DNA of 63,969 nucleotides, filler included, from Asterionella formosa (Eukaryota), in assembly GCA_002256025.1 (NCBI GenBank). It is 9 parts of 9 records of this genome, joined end to end, with 100 filler letters (N's around TTAATTAATTAA, not from the genome) between each part and the next. Parts side by side here need not be neighbours in the genome. Positions count along the whole stretch, not along the records: positions 7,201 to 14,298 come from NKIB01012529.1; positions 14,399 to 21,482 come from NKIB01012530.1; positions 21,583 to 28,662 come from NKIB01012531.1; 6 more parts are not named here. The stretch is one strand, 5' to 3'. A program made the position numbers and the translations under genes. Of the stretch, positions 12,278-24,928 are shown in pieces (the stretch's first letter is position 1; each line of letters opens with the position of its first letter). The notes below the pieces were generated by a model. It was not told the origin of the DNA. It did no database searches and saw nothing but the letters and a program-made list of their open reading frames with translations.

Positions 12278-14298
12278 CCAGTAAAAAACTGCTGTGACCC
12301 ACTAAAAAAAAATTGGAACCGCTGTGACCCACTGAACAGGAGAAAAACACGGTTTGACCCTACCAAATGCAGATTTGTTAATTTTAAAACTTCGACCCCA
12401 ATCCTGAGCATGTACGCTCTAAGGCTATGCCATTAGATATAAGTTTATAGCAATTGGTTCTTCCTAAAATATTGGTTGAAAAGTGCGATCGACGAAAATA
12501 TTGCCAGAACACGGATTACCCCATGTTTTGAGGACTCACTGTTATATGATATACGCAGCTTAATACAAAAATATCGCCTTCGATTTATTTGTTGTATGAT
12601 TCCTGTCATATCCTTATCCCTGTCACTTGATAGTGCCTAAGTAACTTGAGCATCATAAAATAAGCGCCCTTTCACCCATACACTTGAAAGGAAATGTGAA
12701 CATACCAGTATAGAATTTTTAGCTCATAATATGCATCCAAACTATGGCAAAAAAGAAATCGACTGTGCCTTCGGGCAAGGCGGCTCAGTCTATTAGCAGC
12801 ACAAACAAAGCCAGGATGATTGAACATTGCCTATTAAACATCTCTACAAATATGGAAGTGTTGAAAGCGAACAATAATGGAAAACTACCATATGGCGCAA
12901 TTTCTTGTGCTGTGCACGATGTAGAAGAACTTGTCCCATGGGTGACTACACAGAAAGTGAAATACTTTCTTAGGAAAATGAGGTTATCTGGTGGCCCCAG
13001 TAGCTACCAGCATGGACAAACAGCCTGCTGAGGAGGATGTGCATGAAGAATCACAAGAAAGCGAAATATCTATGCTGACAATGGAAGGTGTAGAAAATTA
13101 CAGCTATAGCAGAAAAATTCATTATCATTCTTCCATTAATACTATGATTATGTCTACAAGTTCTAGTTTGCCTCCTGCCAGCACTACTACTGCATCAACT
13201 GAAAGTAGCAGCACCATTTCTGCCACTAGAACCCTGCCCTATGGTGGTCGTCCAAAGGGAACAACCGCAGTAGCCAGCTCCATCATGGCAGAAAAAGTGA
13301 AAGAATGTATTTCCAATTCGGCAGCAGAATACATGAGGGTGAGAGAAGAGGGAAAAGAAAAAGGAGGAGGAGAATCACGAGTGAAGAGAAATACACTTGC
13401 CTGTATAATATTGAGAGAAAAGGAGGCGCTTGGTATTCCTCCTGCTGTCAATATTAATTTCGAAACAGTTAGAACACGTGCAAAAAGAAAAAACAATCAA
13501 GGAACAAACACAGCTCGCATCTCACCTATGCTTGAAGTGGAACCTTACATTGTGGAGCTCATTGATCAGTTGGGTAAAATGCGTCCGCCCATCACATGCC
13601 GAGAGGGAGCGACTGCAACTTGCAAATTCACTTCTTGGGAAAAAAGATTTGCGAGATTATGCACAAACAAAAAAGCGGTAGCAGAGCGAGGCTGGAGACC
13701 TTTGAACTATAATTGTTTGTTGAATCCTGAAATACAGCTGACGAAATTTGGTGTTGTCCCATTGAATTGAATCTCACACAGCAACAGAACCTTTATTACA
13801 CCTGACCAGCTCAACCTGCAAGAAGGACTTTCAGGAACTCTTACAAATCAAATTGTTGAATACATAAACAGAGAAGATGTGCGAAATGGTAATGATGCAG
13901 CAGAACATGCCAGGAAAAGAAAACAAACAGCACAAGCAGCAATCGACAAAAACAAATGAATGAACACAGGACTGCATTTTGCTGCTGGAAACACTTGTCT
14001 AGGACCACCGCTTTTTGAGCATATGCTGGAAATCAAACACCGGCATGAAATCCAGGAACAAAACAAGAAGCAGAAATTGAATCAACGGTTTTTTGAATTG
14101 TCACAGAAGGTACAGGCCATCAGAGAGACTGGAAAGAAAGCTGGAAGCTACAACGTAGCTGAACTGAAAACAGTGGTGACATGGTACAAGCGCAACGGCG
14201 ATGCGCCGCTTCCAATAAACAGACAGAACTTGTTGGCAAGATATTTGGAGACTTGTTGCCGTGGAGAAAAGGATTCTCCATATCCAATTCGGCCTGTT
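12278..14298 (+). mobile_element. pogo-like (Tc1/mariner superfamily) DNA transposon, internally deleted; transposase pseudogene at 12744-14298
   Basis: Terminus TA|CCAGTAAAAAACTG. Frameshifted ORFs carry GGRPKGTT, SPMLEVEP, ERGWRPLNYNCLLNPEI and the C-terminal ELKTVVTWYKRNGDAPLP shared with the other copies. The catalytic core is deleted. Confidence 0.8.
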
Positions 14299-14399
14299 NN
14301 NNNNNNNNNNNNNNNNNNNNNNNNNNNNNNNNNNNNNNNNNNTTAATTAATTAANNNNNNNNNNNNNNNNNNNNNNNNNNNNNNNNNNNNNNNNNNNNG

Positions 14400-17300
14400 G
14401 GAGCTCGGGAAAGTCGTGCCTACTCCAAGGCTGGAAGTGTGGCGTACAGTACCGTCTCGGCCATCAAGACGGTGTTGTCGTTGAATGCCATTCCGGAAAT
14501 GATTCGTCAATATAAGGACGCCACTCTGGAAGCCTTCAATTTTGCTGTGGGTCCCTTGTGGTCGCAAGGATTTGCGTTTGGTAAGATTGTGTGGTTTCAA
14601 ATGATTGGTTTCCACAAATGAAATTGATTTTCAGTTGCTGAAACAGCATTGCGACTACTCTAACATACCGACCTTTTTATCATCCTGATACAGGTTCTAT
14701 GCTTGGAACTTTTATTATTCTCTACTGCATTTTGGCACTGTTTGGAACCTACTTGTTATGGTCAGACGTACAAGATTCTGGTTGCGACCCTTCGGAAGCT
14801 GTGGACAATAATGCAACGTGTAGCAATACGGGAACGCAAGTATTTGGTGCCATGCTAGGTGTTGCCTTTGCTTCACAGGGTGTGTCTCAGGTTGGAAACT
14901 TTGTCGAGACCTTTACAGCGGCTCGTGTTGCTGCCTATCCAGCCCTACAGGCGATTCATCGAAAGCCAGGGGCTCCGGCGGAAGAAATTTATGAGACCCA
15001 AGAGGAATCGGCAGATTCTTCCAAGTCCGCGGACCAGTCCATGAACAAGTCGACTAAAAGTACAGTAAAAGAAGAGGGCGAACGAAAGCTCAAGGCTATC
15101 TTACCAGCGTACAATATCGATGCTTTCTCTGATGAGGGCCTAAAACCTACCAACATTAAGGGAAACATCAGCTTCAAGGATGTTGTGTTCACGTACCCTA
15201 CTCGACCAGACAATCGTGTTTTGAAAGGACTTAACTTGGAAATTGAAGCTGGGAAAACAGTAGCTCTCGTCGGACCGAGTGGTGGAGGTGAGTGAGGTTG
15301 TGAATGCTTTATGACCAACTGCGGAAAACTATCTAACATGGTTTTGCGCATTCTGTATCTTATCTTAGGCAAGTCAACGACAGTGGCGTTACTTGAACGA
15401 TTTTATGACCCATTGAGCGGAACCATCGAGCTCGACGGCATTAACTTGAAGGATATTAATGTGCACCACCTTCGCTCATTGATTGGGTATGTTGGTCAGG
15501 AGCCCATTCTGTTCGCTACTTCAATTGCTGCGAACATCAAGTACGGCAACCCTAGTGCCACTCAGGAGCAAATTGAGGCCGCAGCCAAGATGGCCAATGC
15601 CCATGATTTCATTTCTTCGTTCCCGGACGGGTACGCTACTCAATGTGGAGACAAGGGAAGCCAAATGAGTGGCGGTCAAAAGCAACGTATTGCTATTGCT
15701 CGTGTTCTTGTCTCCAACCCCGAAATTCTCCTTTTGGATGAAGCAACCTCTGCCCTTGACTCTGAGTCTGAGCTCGTTGTACAGGATGCGTTGGACAATG
15801 TAGTGGCGAAACAGAAACGTACAACTATCGTCATTGCCCATCGGCTAAGTACGATTCGCAACGCTGACACAATTGCTGTGATTTCTGGTGGCGTTGTTGC
15901 CGAACAAGGTACTCACGACGAACTCATGGCTCTTGAAACGGGCCATTACCGCACGCTTGTTGAGAAGCAAGAGCGTTCTGGCAACTCTTTGCCATCGTCG
16001 CGTTCTAGCAGCGAAGCGGACTTGACTAAGCTCGATGACGATTCCGGTATTAAAGTCTCTGTCATTGACAAAGGCAGTTTGCACTTCGAGTTCAAAGACG
16101 TGAAGTTTGCGTACCCCACCCGTCCTAGCAAGAATGTCTTCAACGGGTTCAACCTTTCGATCAACAGAGGAGAAACGGTTGCTCTTGTCGGGCCATCTGG
16201 AGGGGGCAAGTCCACGACTGTTGCTATGATTGAGCGTTTTTACGACTGCAAAGAGGGATCAATTGAATATATGGGAAATGATATCAAGTCTTTGAATGTT
16301 CATTGGTATCGTGATCAAATTGGTTACGTCGGCCAGGAACCAACCCTTTTCAACACTACAATTGGTCAGAATATCGCATACGGTGCTCCTAATGCAAGCA
16401 AGAGTGATATTGAAGCCGCTGCTGTTCAAGCAAACGCTCACGATTTCATTATGGGCTTTCCCGACGGCTATGAGACATCAGTGGGCGAACGAGGCACTCA
16501 ATTATCCGGTGGTCAGAAGCAACGTGTTGCTATTGCTCGGGCATTGATTAAAAAACCAAAAGTGCTCATTCTCGATGAAGCGACATCTGCCCTTGATACA
16601 GAATCAGAAGCTGTGGTCCAAGCTGCTCTGGACAAGTTGATGGCTTCCAGCGAGCGTACCACCATCGTCATAGCTCACAGACTATCCACCATTCGCAATG
16701 TAGATCGTATCGCCTTCATTGCAGGAGGAAAGGTCCTGGAGTATGGCAGCCATGAAGTTTTAATGACAAAAGCTCACGGTCGATACAAACGTCTCGTTGA
16801 CGCCCAGAGCAGAGGTGCTAACACTGAAAACCAATCTCTCAAGAAAAGAATGGATGACAAGTCGGCTGATGACGGCGATAACGCGGAAAAACCTGATTTT
16901 GAGGCCGAACTTGAAGAGCTCGAACAAAAAGCATTCAGCATTACACGTGCAAGGGCGATGTCCAAGCCAGATGTAACATTCATGTTTCTTGGTGCCATTG
17001 GTGCTATCATGGCTGGTGGGGTGTTCCCAAGCTGGGGTATCCTCTTTGCTGAAACGATTGATCTATTGTTTCGTCCTGTGTTCGATTGCACTCCTGAATT
17101 TCTTTCTGCTAACGCCTTCGACACTTGTGAGGAATACTGGCAGTACATCGCCCACGACATGCGACAGCAATCATTTGAACTTGCTGGATACTGGCTTGTC
17201 GTTGCATTTGGCTGTATCTTTGGCAACATGTTTGCAGTATGGGGATTTGGAATGGCTAGTGAGCGTTTGAACAAGCGTGTTCGTGATTCTGCTTTTGCGG

Positions 17301-18016
17301 CACTCATCCGTCAGGAAGTTGGTTTCTTTGACAAGCGAAGCGTCGGTGATATCACCAGTGAGTTGCAGACTGATACGGCCCGTATTCATTCATTTTCCGG
17401 AGAGCCAATTCGAAGTTTCTTGATCGCCATGAGTTCGGTTATCACAGGCGTAGTTGTGAGCTTTATTTTTATGTGGCCCTTTGCACTCATTGCAATGGCA
17501 TGTATTCCTTTAATGGGATTTGCTACCTCTATGGAAATGAAGATTATGCTTGGCGAGGATGAATCCTCCGACAGCAGCAAGCCAGATGAACTCAATAGTT
17601 CAGGAGGCATTGCTGTAGAGACATTGCTTAATGTACGGACAGTGTCTGCTTTGACACTCGAAAAGAGCCGATTTAAGAACTACGAGGATGCCCTTGACCG
17701 TGAATCTCCAAATTACATTCGTGCTGGTTTCGTTGCCGGATCTGCGTATGGGTCTTCCATGTTTATTCAACAGTGGGTCAATGCCCTTCAAATGTGGTGG
17801 GGTGGTTATGTTCTTTTCAACTACCAAGGCTTCACGTTTAATGACTATCTGATCTCAAATTTTGCTCTTTTATTCTCCCTTTTTGGACTTGGTGCCGCCT
17901 TTCAAGGATTAACTGACAAAAATGAGGCAATGAAGAGTGCTGGACGAATTTTTTACTTGTTGGACAGGAAAAGTGAAATTGATCCATTAAGTGAAGAGGG
18001 TAAAAAGTTGGACTAA
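14400..18016 (+). CDS. ABCB (MDR/P-glycoprotein-like) full transporter, 5'-truncated, domain order TMD-NBD-NBD-TMD; exons <14400-14580, 14694-15287, 15369-18016
   Basis: GT-AG introns at 14581-14693 and 15288-15368 restore the frame, and the second splits Walker A GPSGG|GKST. There are two NBDs, each with Walker A, a signature (MSGGQKQR, LSGGQKQR), Walker B LDEATSALD and H-loop IAHRLST. ABCB-type TMD segments lie before NBD1 and after NBD2. Confidence 0.93.
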
Positions 18017-18979
18017 ATCCACTGTCAATGGCTGAAAACACTCTGAATAATTGGCAGTTAATGGTCATAATATAATTATTTCTTCATATTGCATTCACTT
18101 TTCAGCTCATCTTCTGCATCATTTTCCTCAATTCACGATCCCATATTGCATTTATACCTAACTGTCATGAGCCTGAGCAAAAAACTGTAATCTTGCTTAC
18201 TACTGCTTGTGGCCTTGCAAGGGAGATGATAACATTCCTTGCTGTGCACAGTACCTAGACAAGTTTAATTCTAATTTGAATCTTTTTGAATTCAAAGTGA
18301 AGGATCTAACTAGAAGTAGTAGTTTATTGAATTTATGAGCATTTAAGTTAGTTAGTGTACCTTGATAAAAGTAACATTATTGAATACTTCCATCAGCCAA
18401 AAATTTAAGTAAAGTTCTGATAAATCGGATATTATTCTAACCATTTATTCGTATGTGGGATCACTCACCATGAGGTACTCTGTCTTTCATTAGGAGGTAA
18501 CCTGGTACTTTGGGAGGTACAGCTGGTAGCATACCACATGGAGCTGTTGCGGTAGTCCTGTTATCATACCATCAGCCTCTAATTGACTAGCAACTGTGGT
18601 AGTTAGAATATTAGCCTCATTCATGTTGCTTTAGATGTTATAGCTACTCATCCAAGCAATGCTATGCGACTATCATTGATGATGGTGATTGACATTGCCT
18701 GATCGCCTTATTCTTCACTTGCAAGAGGGGTGTCCGAATGCTACATAGACAACACATGCCAACTATACTCATGAAACTATTTATCATTCTACTATTGGAA
18801 TATATGGACATCAATCTCCTTTCAGAGCATCTCCCCCACATCGACCTAATACCAAGCCAATCGCAGTTGCGAGTCATTACATGTCATGATGTGTTGTGTT
18901 GGTCGAAAAAGCAAAAATATTTTAGCCACCACATCAACCAAGACCAAATATGCTTTGATCTGTTGAGATCTATGTAGTT

Positions 18980-19659
18980 CTTATCCCAGATGGCAAGGAG
19001 CAGACGTCAACAGCATGCATGGCTCGATGGGGAACGATAAATCAAGACGTCACAAAGTTCTGCGGCCTCTTTGCACCGGTGACAAGTGTTCCAAAATCGG
19101 GATGGACGTCGGATTCAATATATTGAAGAAGCTATGCAGCTATATAAATTAGAAGGAAAGCAAAAAGAAAAGGCCAGGCAAAAAATTTATTTTCGATGGT
19201 GTTGGCATATTTTAAAAGAAAGCCCCGAATTGAAAGGGTGGTTGTGGTTATGTTTGTGATCACTTAAAATTGAACCTTGATGATTTGAAGTATGAGTTGC
19301 GTCCAATGGGGGCAAAAGCTGTCAAGAATGAAAAGCTTGTTGCAAATGCTCAGCTTGTCATTGAGCAGAAGCATTTTACAATGCTTGAAATAAAGGTGAA
19401 AACTCAACGTGATGAGTTTCTATTCAATATATTGTCAACGAATAGTGAATCAACAAAAGCAAAAAAATAGTTTTCCATGAAGGCGCAAGAAGCAAGCAAT
19501 GGAGGAGATAGGTGCTGTGATTGGGAAACTGGCTGCCAAAAAAGGCAAAAACAAATAGTGGAGTTTAGCAGTTCTGCTGAAGCAGATGTTTCAACTTGTC
19601 CATCAGCATCTACTGATTATGATGAATCGATTCTAGTAACTGAACAAATAGGGTTTTAA
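18980..19659 (+). pseudogene. PIF/Harbinger accessory (Myb/SANT-like, NAM-associated type) ORF, degenerate
   Basis: Fragments RWGTINQDVTKFCGLF, SGWTSD, EEAMQLYK, FRWCWHILKEAP and RPMGAKAVK match the Harbinger second-ORF pattern. It is convergent with a Harbinger transposase. GAGCATCTCC at 18825 resembles a Harbinger/Tourist TIR start. Confidence 0.7.
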
Positions 19660-19955
19660 AATAATTTGGTTATGAATTACTTTGCTAGTATCATTTCATT
19701 GTTTCCGATTTACATTGTAAGAGTAAATAGATTTAAAATTGAATATAAATTATTGCTATATTATATTTATCCTCATTTTGAGTCCTCAAGTGCTCAATCA
19801 AATCATTTCGCAATTGACAGTGCTCACCTTCATTCATTTATTTCATTCGAATTGCTTTGAAATCTAGAAAAGCATGCACGTTGTTGTGATTCACATTTTT
19901 GACCAAAAGCCATCTTGACTGTTATCAAATTAATATTCGTTTTTGTCTTTGTATC

Positions 19956-20962
19956 CTACTCATCTTCTGTAATAATCTTGTGTAGTATGATACATGTAAT
20001 GATGACATAATTCATTGCACCCACTGACCAAAGTTTTCTCGGAAGTGCCAGGATCCTCCACCTTGCTTGTAGCACACCAAATGCTCGCTCTACGTCCTTG
20101 CGTTGGGCCTCTTGAACCATTGAAAATTGTACACACTTGGCACCTTGTGGTTCCGAAATTGTTTTGACAAAAATGTGCCAATCTGGATAGATGATGCCAT
20201 CAACCGAAAAGTGACCTAGTAGGTTGTGTTCTTTGTTGTTGATTGTGAAGTTGACGGCAGGAGTCCTCCTTCCAAATGTCAAATCCTGGAAAAACGGAGA
20301 ACGATCCAAAATATTGAGATTGCTTTTAGCACCTGGCATTCTAAACCACGCGTGCCAGAACCAAAGTCAATAATCAACTGCAGCTTCCAAAGTAACAGTT
20401 GCCACTCCATCTTTTCCTTGAAACGTTCCTCTGTGTGCCTTGGGACAATTCTTCCATTCCCACTGCATCACATCCAATGAACCAAGAAGTCCTGGCCAAC
20501 CTTTTTAGATGTAAAACCATTTCCATGTCATCCTTTGTAGGAGCTCGCAAATATTCTGTTCCGTAGTACCTGCTGATTGTTGAGCTACAAAACACTTTTA
20601 GGTTTTGGAGTGTAGTCTATTCAGCCATTCTTGTGAGGTCATCCAGATGATCTGTCGAAGCTCTTTAAGCCAGCATTTGAAGCGCTGAGGTTAACTTTTG
20701 ATGTGACGAAAAACCGACCAGACCCAAGCAAGGCATCTTTCTTCTGTTCAAAGTATGGATTTGCCTCAACCAAATCTTCAGGAATCTTTTCAAATAAGGA
20801 GCGACGCATAAAGAAGCGCCTCCTAAAATGTACAGGTGAGTAGATTGCATTCCTGCCAAAATAGTTGTCCTTCAACATGTCTGTGAATAGATTTTCCAAT
20901 AGATCTAACGTTTTACTCAGCATACGATAAAAACCTGATTGATCATTCAAATATTTTGACAT
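19956..20962 (-). pseudogene. PIF/Harbinger DDE transposase (HARBI1/ALP1-like), frameshifted
   Basis: Motifs FRRRFFMRRSLF, GFSSHQKLTSALQMLA, EYLRAPT, WKNCPKA, SNLNILDRSP, DGIIYPDW and QEAQRKDVERAFGVLQARW are spread over several frames. Confidence 0.88.
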
Positions 20963-22365
20963 GTTGAAGAAAATTTCGATATATCAACAATATCAATGTT
21001 AGCAAAAGTGTTGCAAAACGATTAAAGCATCTCCAGCCACACATGTGCCACTAACTGAAGACATAAACCATCGATATAGTAACTTTACGTCGTTCCAATC
21101 GACATAACGAGCATCAAATGAGAGTATTGTAACTTACCTATGCTCTAACTGTTGATTGATGGGTGACAGGGTAGCGTTGTTAACCCTCACATCTGCATGT
21201 ATGGAAGGGAAAGATGTTATAAATGTCGAAATCCTAATTAATGGACACAGACAATACAAAGCCTCTGCAGCATTGTGCACAAAGATATTAAGTGCGGTTT
21301 CTTACCTCGTAATTAGGTTGATTTTTATCGTTCGTCCTGAGGATGTATAGAAACTTTCTTCAAAAAGTGTGTATAACATACCTCTGCAAATAAAAAGTCT
21401 TATGCATATAGGATCAAGGGTATTGTACGCTAAGTGGCACAGGATTTTCGTATATATGATAATTTTTGGATCAAAACTATGANNNNNNNNNNNNNNNNNN
21501 NNNNNNNNNNNNNNNNNNNNNNNNNNTTAATTAATTAANNNNNNNNNNNNNNNNNNNNNNNNNNNNNNNNNNNNNNNNNNNNGTATAGCTATTGTTGTAT
21601 ATACATGATATGATAAACCGGTATATGATGCATCCTATATGTAGTGATTATACAACAATAATAATTGGGTTTCTAGTGACTACATTCAAAGTAGTCAATA
21701 TGGTATCCTTCATTTAGGTAACTTTGGAAAAAAACCTAAACGTAATGCTTTTGGGTAACTTATTGGGATATGCTGGGCACGGAATCCCCTAAACATAATG
21801 CATTTGCATTGGGTTTTTCACTCCTGATAGCATTGTTTTTTAGGGTTGCCAAAACCAAACTTTCTTTGGTTGGTGTTTTGCCCCCCCCCATTAGCAATGG
21901 CCTCATCCTTGTCAATGAAGGTGAGTATTCATTGACAAGGAAACTGCTTGTTTAGTGGAAATTGGTCTCATCATCAATTGCCAACTCAGTCATTGCTCTA
22001 GTTGATGAATGGGGGCAGAGGGGTAAAAATTACTATATTTAGGAGCTCCAAATCACCTCTTACTTGGTTGTATATTCCACTAACAATATATTATGTATAC
22101 CTTACCCCTTTGTTGGGAGACAATTAAGGTTCTGAGCCATTTATTTGAGGTCATTGGTCGTTGGCGGAGCATCATCAGCACATGGTGTAGTGTACTATGT
22201 ATGTAGTGACAAGCACGCACTTCTGATGTCAAGGATTTTGAATATTGGCGAAGCAGCGTCGTAAAATAAATGGTATGTATTCCTTCAATGCTTCACAAAT
22301 ATTAACAACAAGCAGTTTCGTAACAGTCCTCTCGCCCTCTCTGACGCTCGCTATCCTCCAGCACC

Positions 22366-24928
22366 ATGCCCCCCACCATCGAAGAGCTCCCTTCCCGAGC
22401 TGCCTTGCGTCAAGCGCGGCGTGTATGTGTCAAGGCCGGAACGTCGGTCGTGACCAACGAAGACGGCCGGCCCTCGTTGACTCGCTTGGGGGCCATCACG
22501 GAACAAATCGCCGAGCTTTGTCGGGAGGACGTGCAGGTCATATTCGTGTCATCGGGTGCGGTCGGGATGGGCAAACGAGTCTTGCGCAAGCAGGGACGAA
22601 TGAATATGAGCTTTCTGGAGCTGCAAGCCGATACTCACAAATCGCTGGACGAAAGTTGCGACCACTCGACGCAGAAGGAAATGAGAGCGGCGACTGGCAC
22701 TACCTTTGGGAGTCTCGTGAATCTGCAAGCACCTGCTCGTCCACACACACAAGCGGAGAAGAAAAAATACTATGACAGCGCATGTGCCGCAGCTGGACAG
22801 TTTGAAATGATGAACCTATATTCAAGTCTCTTTGATCAAGTTGACATTTCCGCCAGTCAAATATTGGTCACACAACAGGATTTCGTGGACCCTCATCGAT
22901 TGAATAATCTGACTTATGCGGTGGACCGCTTGCTAGGACTCGGCATGGTACCCATTGTCAACGAAAATGACGCTGTCTCGGCAAATCAGGGATACACTGC
23001 TGAGGACGTATTCAGTGACAATGACAGTTTGGCAGCCTTGTGTGCGAGGCACTTCGGTGCAGAAGTTCTTTTGCTTTTGACAGATGTGGACGGTGTCTAC
23101 GACAAGTCGCCCAAGGATGATCCATCCGCAAAATTGTTATCATTTTATCCGAACACGGGAACGTCTGTCGTCATTGGAGAGAAGTCTGCACAGGGACGAG
23201 GAGGTATGGGGTCCAAGATTGATGCTGCAATGAGTGCGGTGGCACCTGGATCGAACTGTGGTGCCTGTGTCGTGGCCGCTGGATCAGATTTGAATTCGAT
23301 TCGGGCCGTTTTGGGACCCAAGCCGTTTCCGAGCAAAGGAACCATGTTTGTCACGGCTGGTAGTGAGTTAGAGCGACAAGCACAAATTGAATTGGATGCA
23401 GGGGTGAGTCATGATGTCATCGTATTGCGTATTTATTCAACTGAAAAGACACGCTGGAATTGGATATTCGTCGTTATATGGTAAAATCATGGACACTCAC
23501 CAGTTATATGTTGTCCTTCATTTAGGACTCCGGGAACATCTCCCAAGATGCCCGGTACAAGGCAACATCAGCCCGCAACGAAGCCAGAAAATTACAAGCA
23601 CTTTCCCACTCAGTGAGAAAGGATATTTTATATGCCATTTCAAATGCCTTGATTGAACGTCAAGAATTTTTACTAGAGGAAAATATGAAGGATGTTGTAG
23701 CTGCAGAAACCGACGGTATTTCCCTGTCTTTGCGAAGTCGACTAAAATTGAGTGCGGGGAAGTTAGACACTCTGGCGTCAGGCATTAAACAAATTGCTGA
23801 CATGCCTGATCCACTTGGAGTTGTTAAGAGTAAAAGGGAGCTTGCTAGTGGGTTGGAGTTGAGTTTGATTACTGTGCCGATCGGCGTCTTGATGATTATT
23901 TTCGAGTCTAGACCGGATAGTATGCCACAAATTGCTTCCTTAGCTATTGCTAGTGGCAATGGTTTGTTATTGAAAGGGGGAAAGGAAGCCATCCATTCCA
24001 ATGCTGCGATCCATAAGGTTATAGGAGATGCGATTGAAAGTGGGTCTGGTGGTCGAATTACAAGGGACATTATTGCCTTGATTGTCAGCCGCAGTGGGGT
24101 AAGTCAATTCTTCGGTTCTTGGATTGTTGCGTTCCCTACTGCACAAGGATCTCACATTGTGATTTACACAAAAACATATAGGTCGCTGACATGCTCGCGT
24201 TGGATGATGCCATTGACTTGGTCATCCCTCGTGGCTCTAACGCCTTGGTATCATATATCAAAGAAAACACTCGCATTCCTGTTCTTGGCCACGCTGATGG
24301 AGTATGCCATGTTTACTTGGACGAGTCTGCAGATACAGCGTCTGCAATCAAGATTGTTGTAGACTCCAAAACAGATTATCCTTCAGCGTGCAATGCAATG
24401 GAAACCTTGTTGCTTCATAAGGCGACGGTTGTCAACGGAGTAGCAAGTGCGGTGCTCATGGCCCTTCGAGCGGCACGCGTAAAGTGTTTGGGAGGTCCGA
24501 ATGCCATGAAAGTGGGTCTTACAGATGTCGCATCCGAGAAACTGAAGTTTGAATACGGAGACTTGACTTGTCTGGTGGAGGTTGTTGAGAACATGGACGA
24601 AGCCATTGATTGGATTCACAAGAATGGAAGTGGCCACACAGAAACTATTGTGTGCAGCGAGGACAGTCCAGCCGGTGAAGAATTTCTTCGTCGAGTCGAT
24701 ACTGCATGTGTTTTCAAGAACGCTTCGACACGATTCTCAGACGGATTTCGGTTTGGACTTGGAGCCGAAGTTGGTATATCGACCGGACGCATTCATGCTC
24801 GTGGGCCTGTGGGTGTCGAAGGTTTGCTAACAACCAAGTGGCAACTTCGGTCACAAGGCACAAGCTATGTAGCCGAGTTTGCTGGAGATACCCCGTTGAA
24901 GACGTACACCCACAAGGATCTTGTTTGA
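22366..24928 (+). CDS. P5CS: Delta-1-pyrroline-5-carboxylate synthase (glutamate 5-kinase plus gamma-glutamyl phosphate reductase); exons 22366-23403, 23526-24098, 24182-24928
   Basis: ProB motifs VKAGTS, VSSGAVG, PIVNENDAVS, FSDNDSLAA and GRGGMGSK. ProA motifs VPIGVLMIIFESRP, LLKGGKEA, SACNAMETLL, NASTRFSDG and GISTGRIHARGPVG. GT-AG introns at 23404-23525 and 24099-24181 restore the frame. Confidence 0.96.

Noticed and set aside
11873..12436. 187-aa ORF with an internal repeat
   Set aside because: It is produced by a 126-bp tandem duplication and runs into a transposon TIR; there is no protein signal.
15483..17827. Many short antisense or alternate-frame ORFs over ABCB (likewise over P5CS and gag)
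   Set aside because: These are shadow ORFs of real coding sequence.
18460..18660. Possible Copia RNase H remnant (GGNLVLW)
   Set aside because: A single short motif with too little flanking support.
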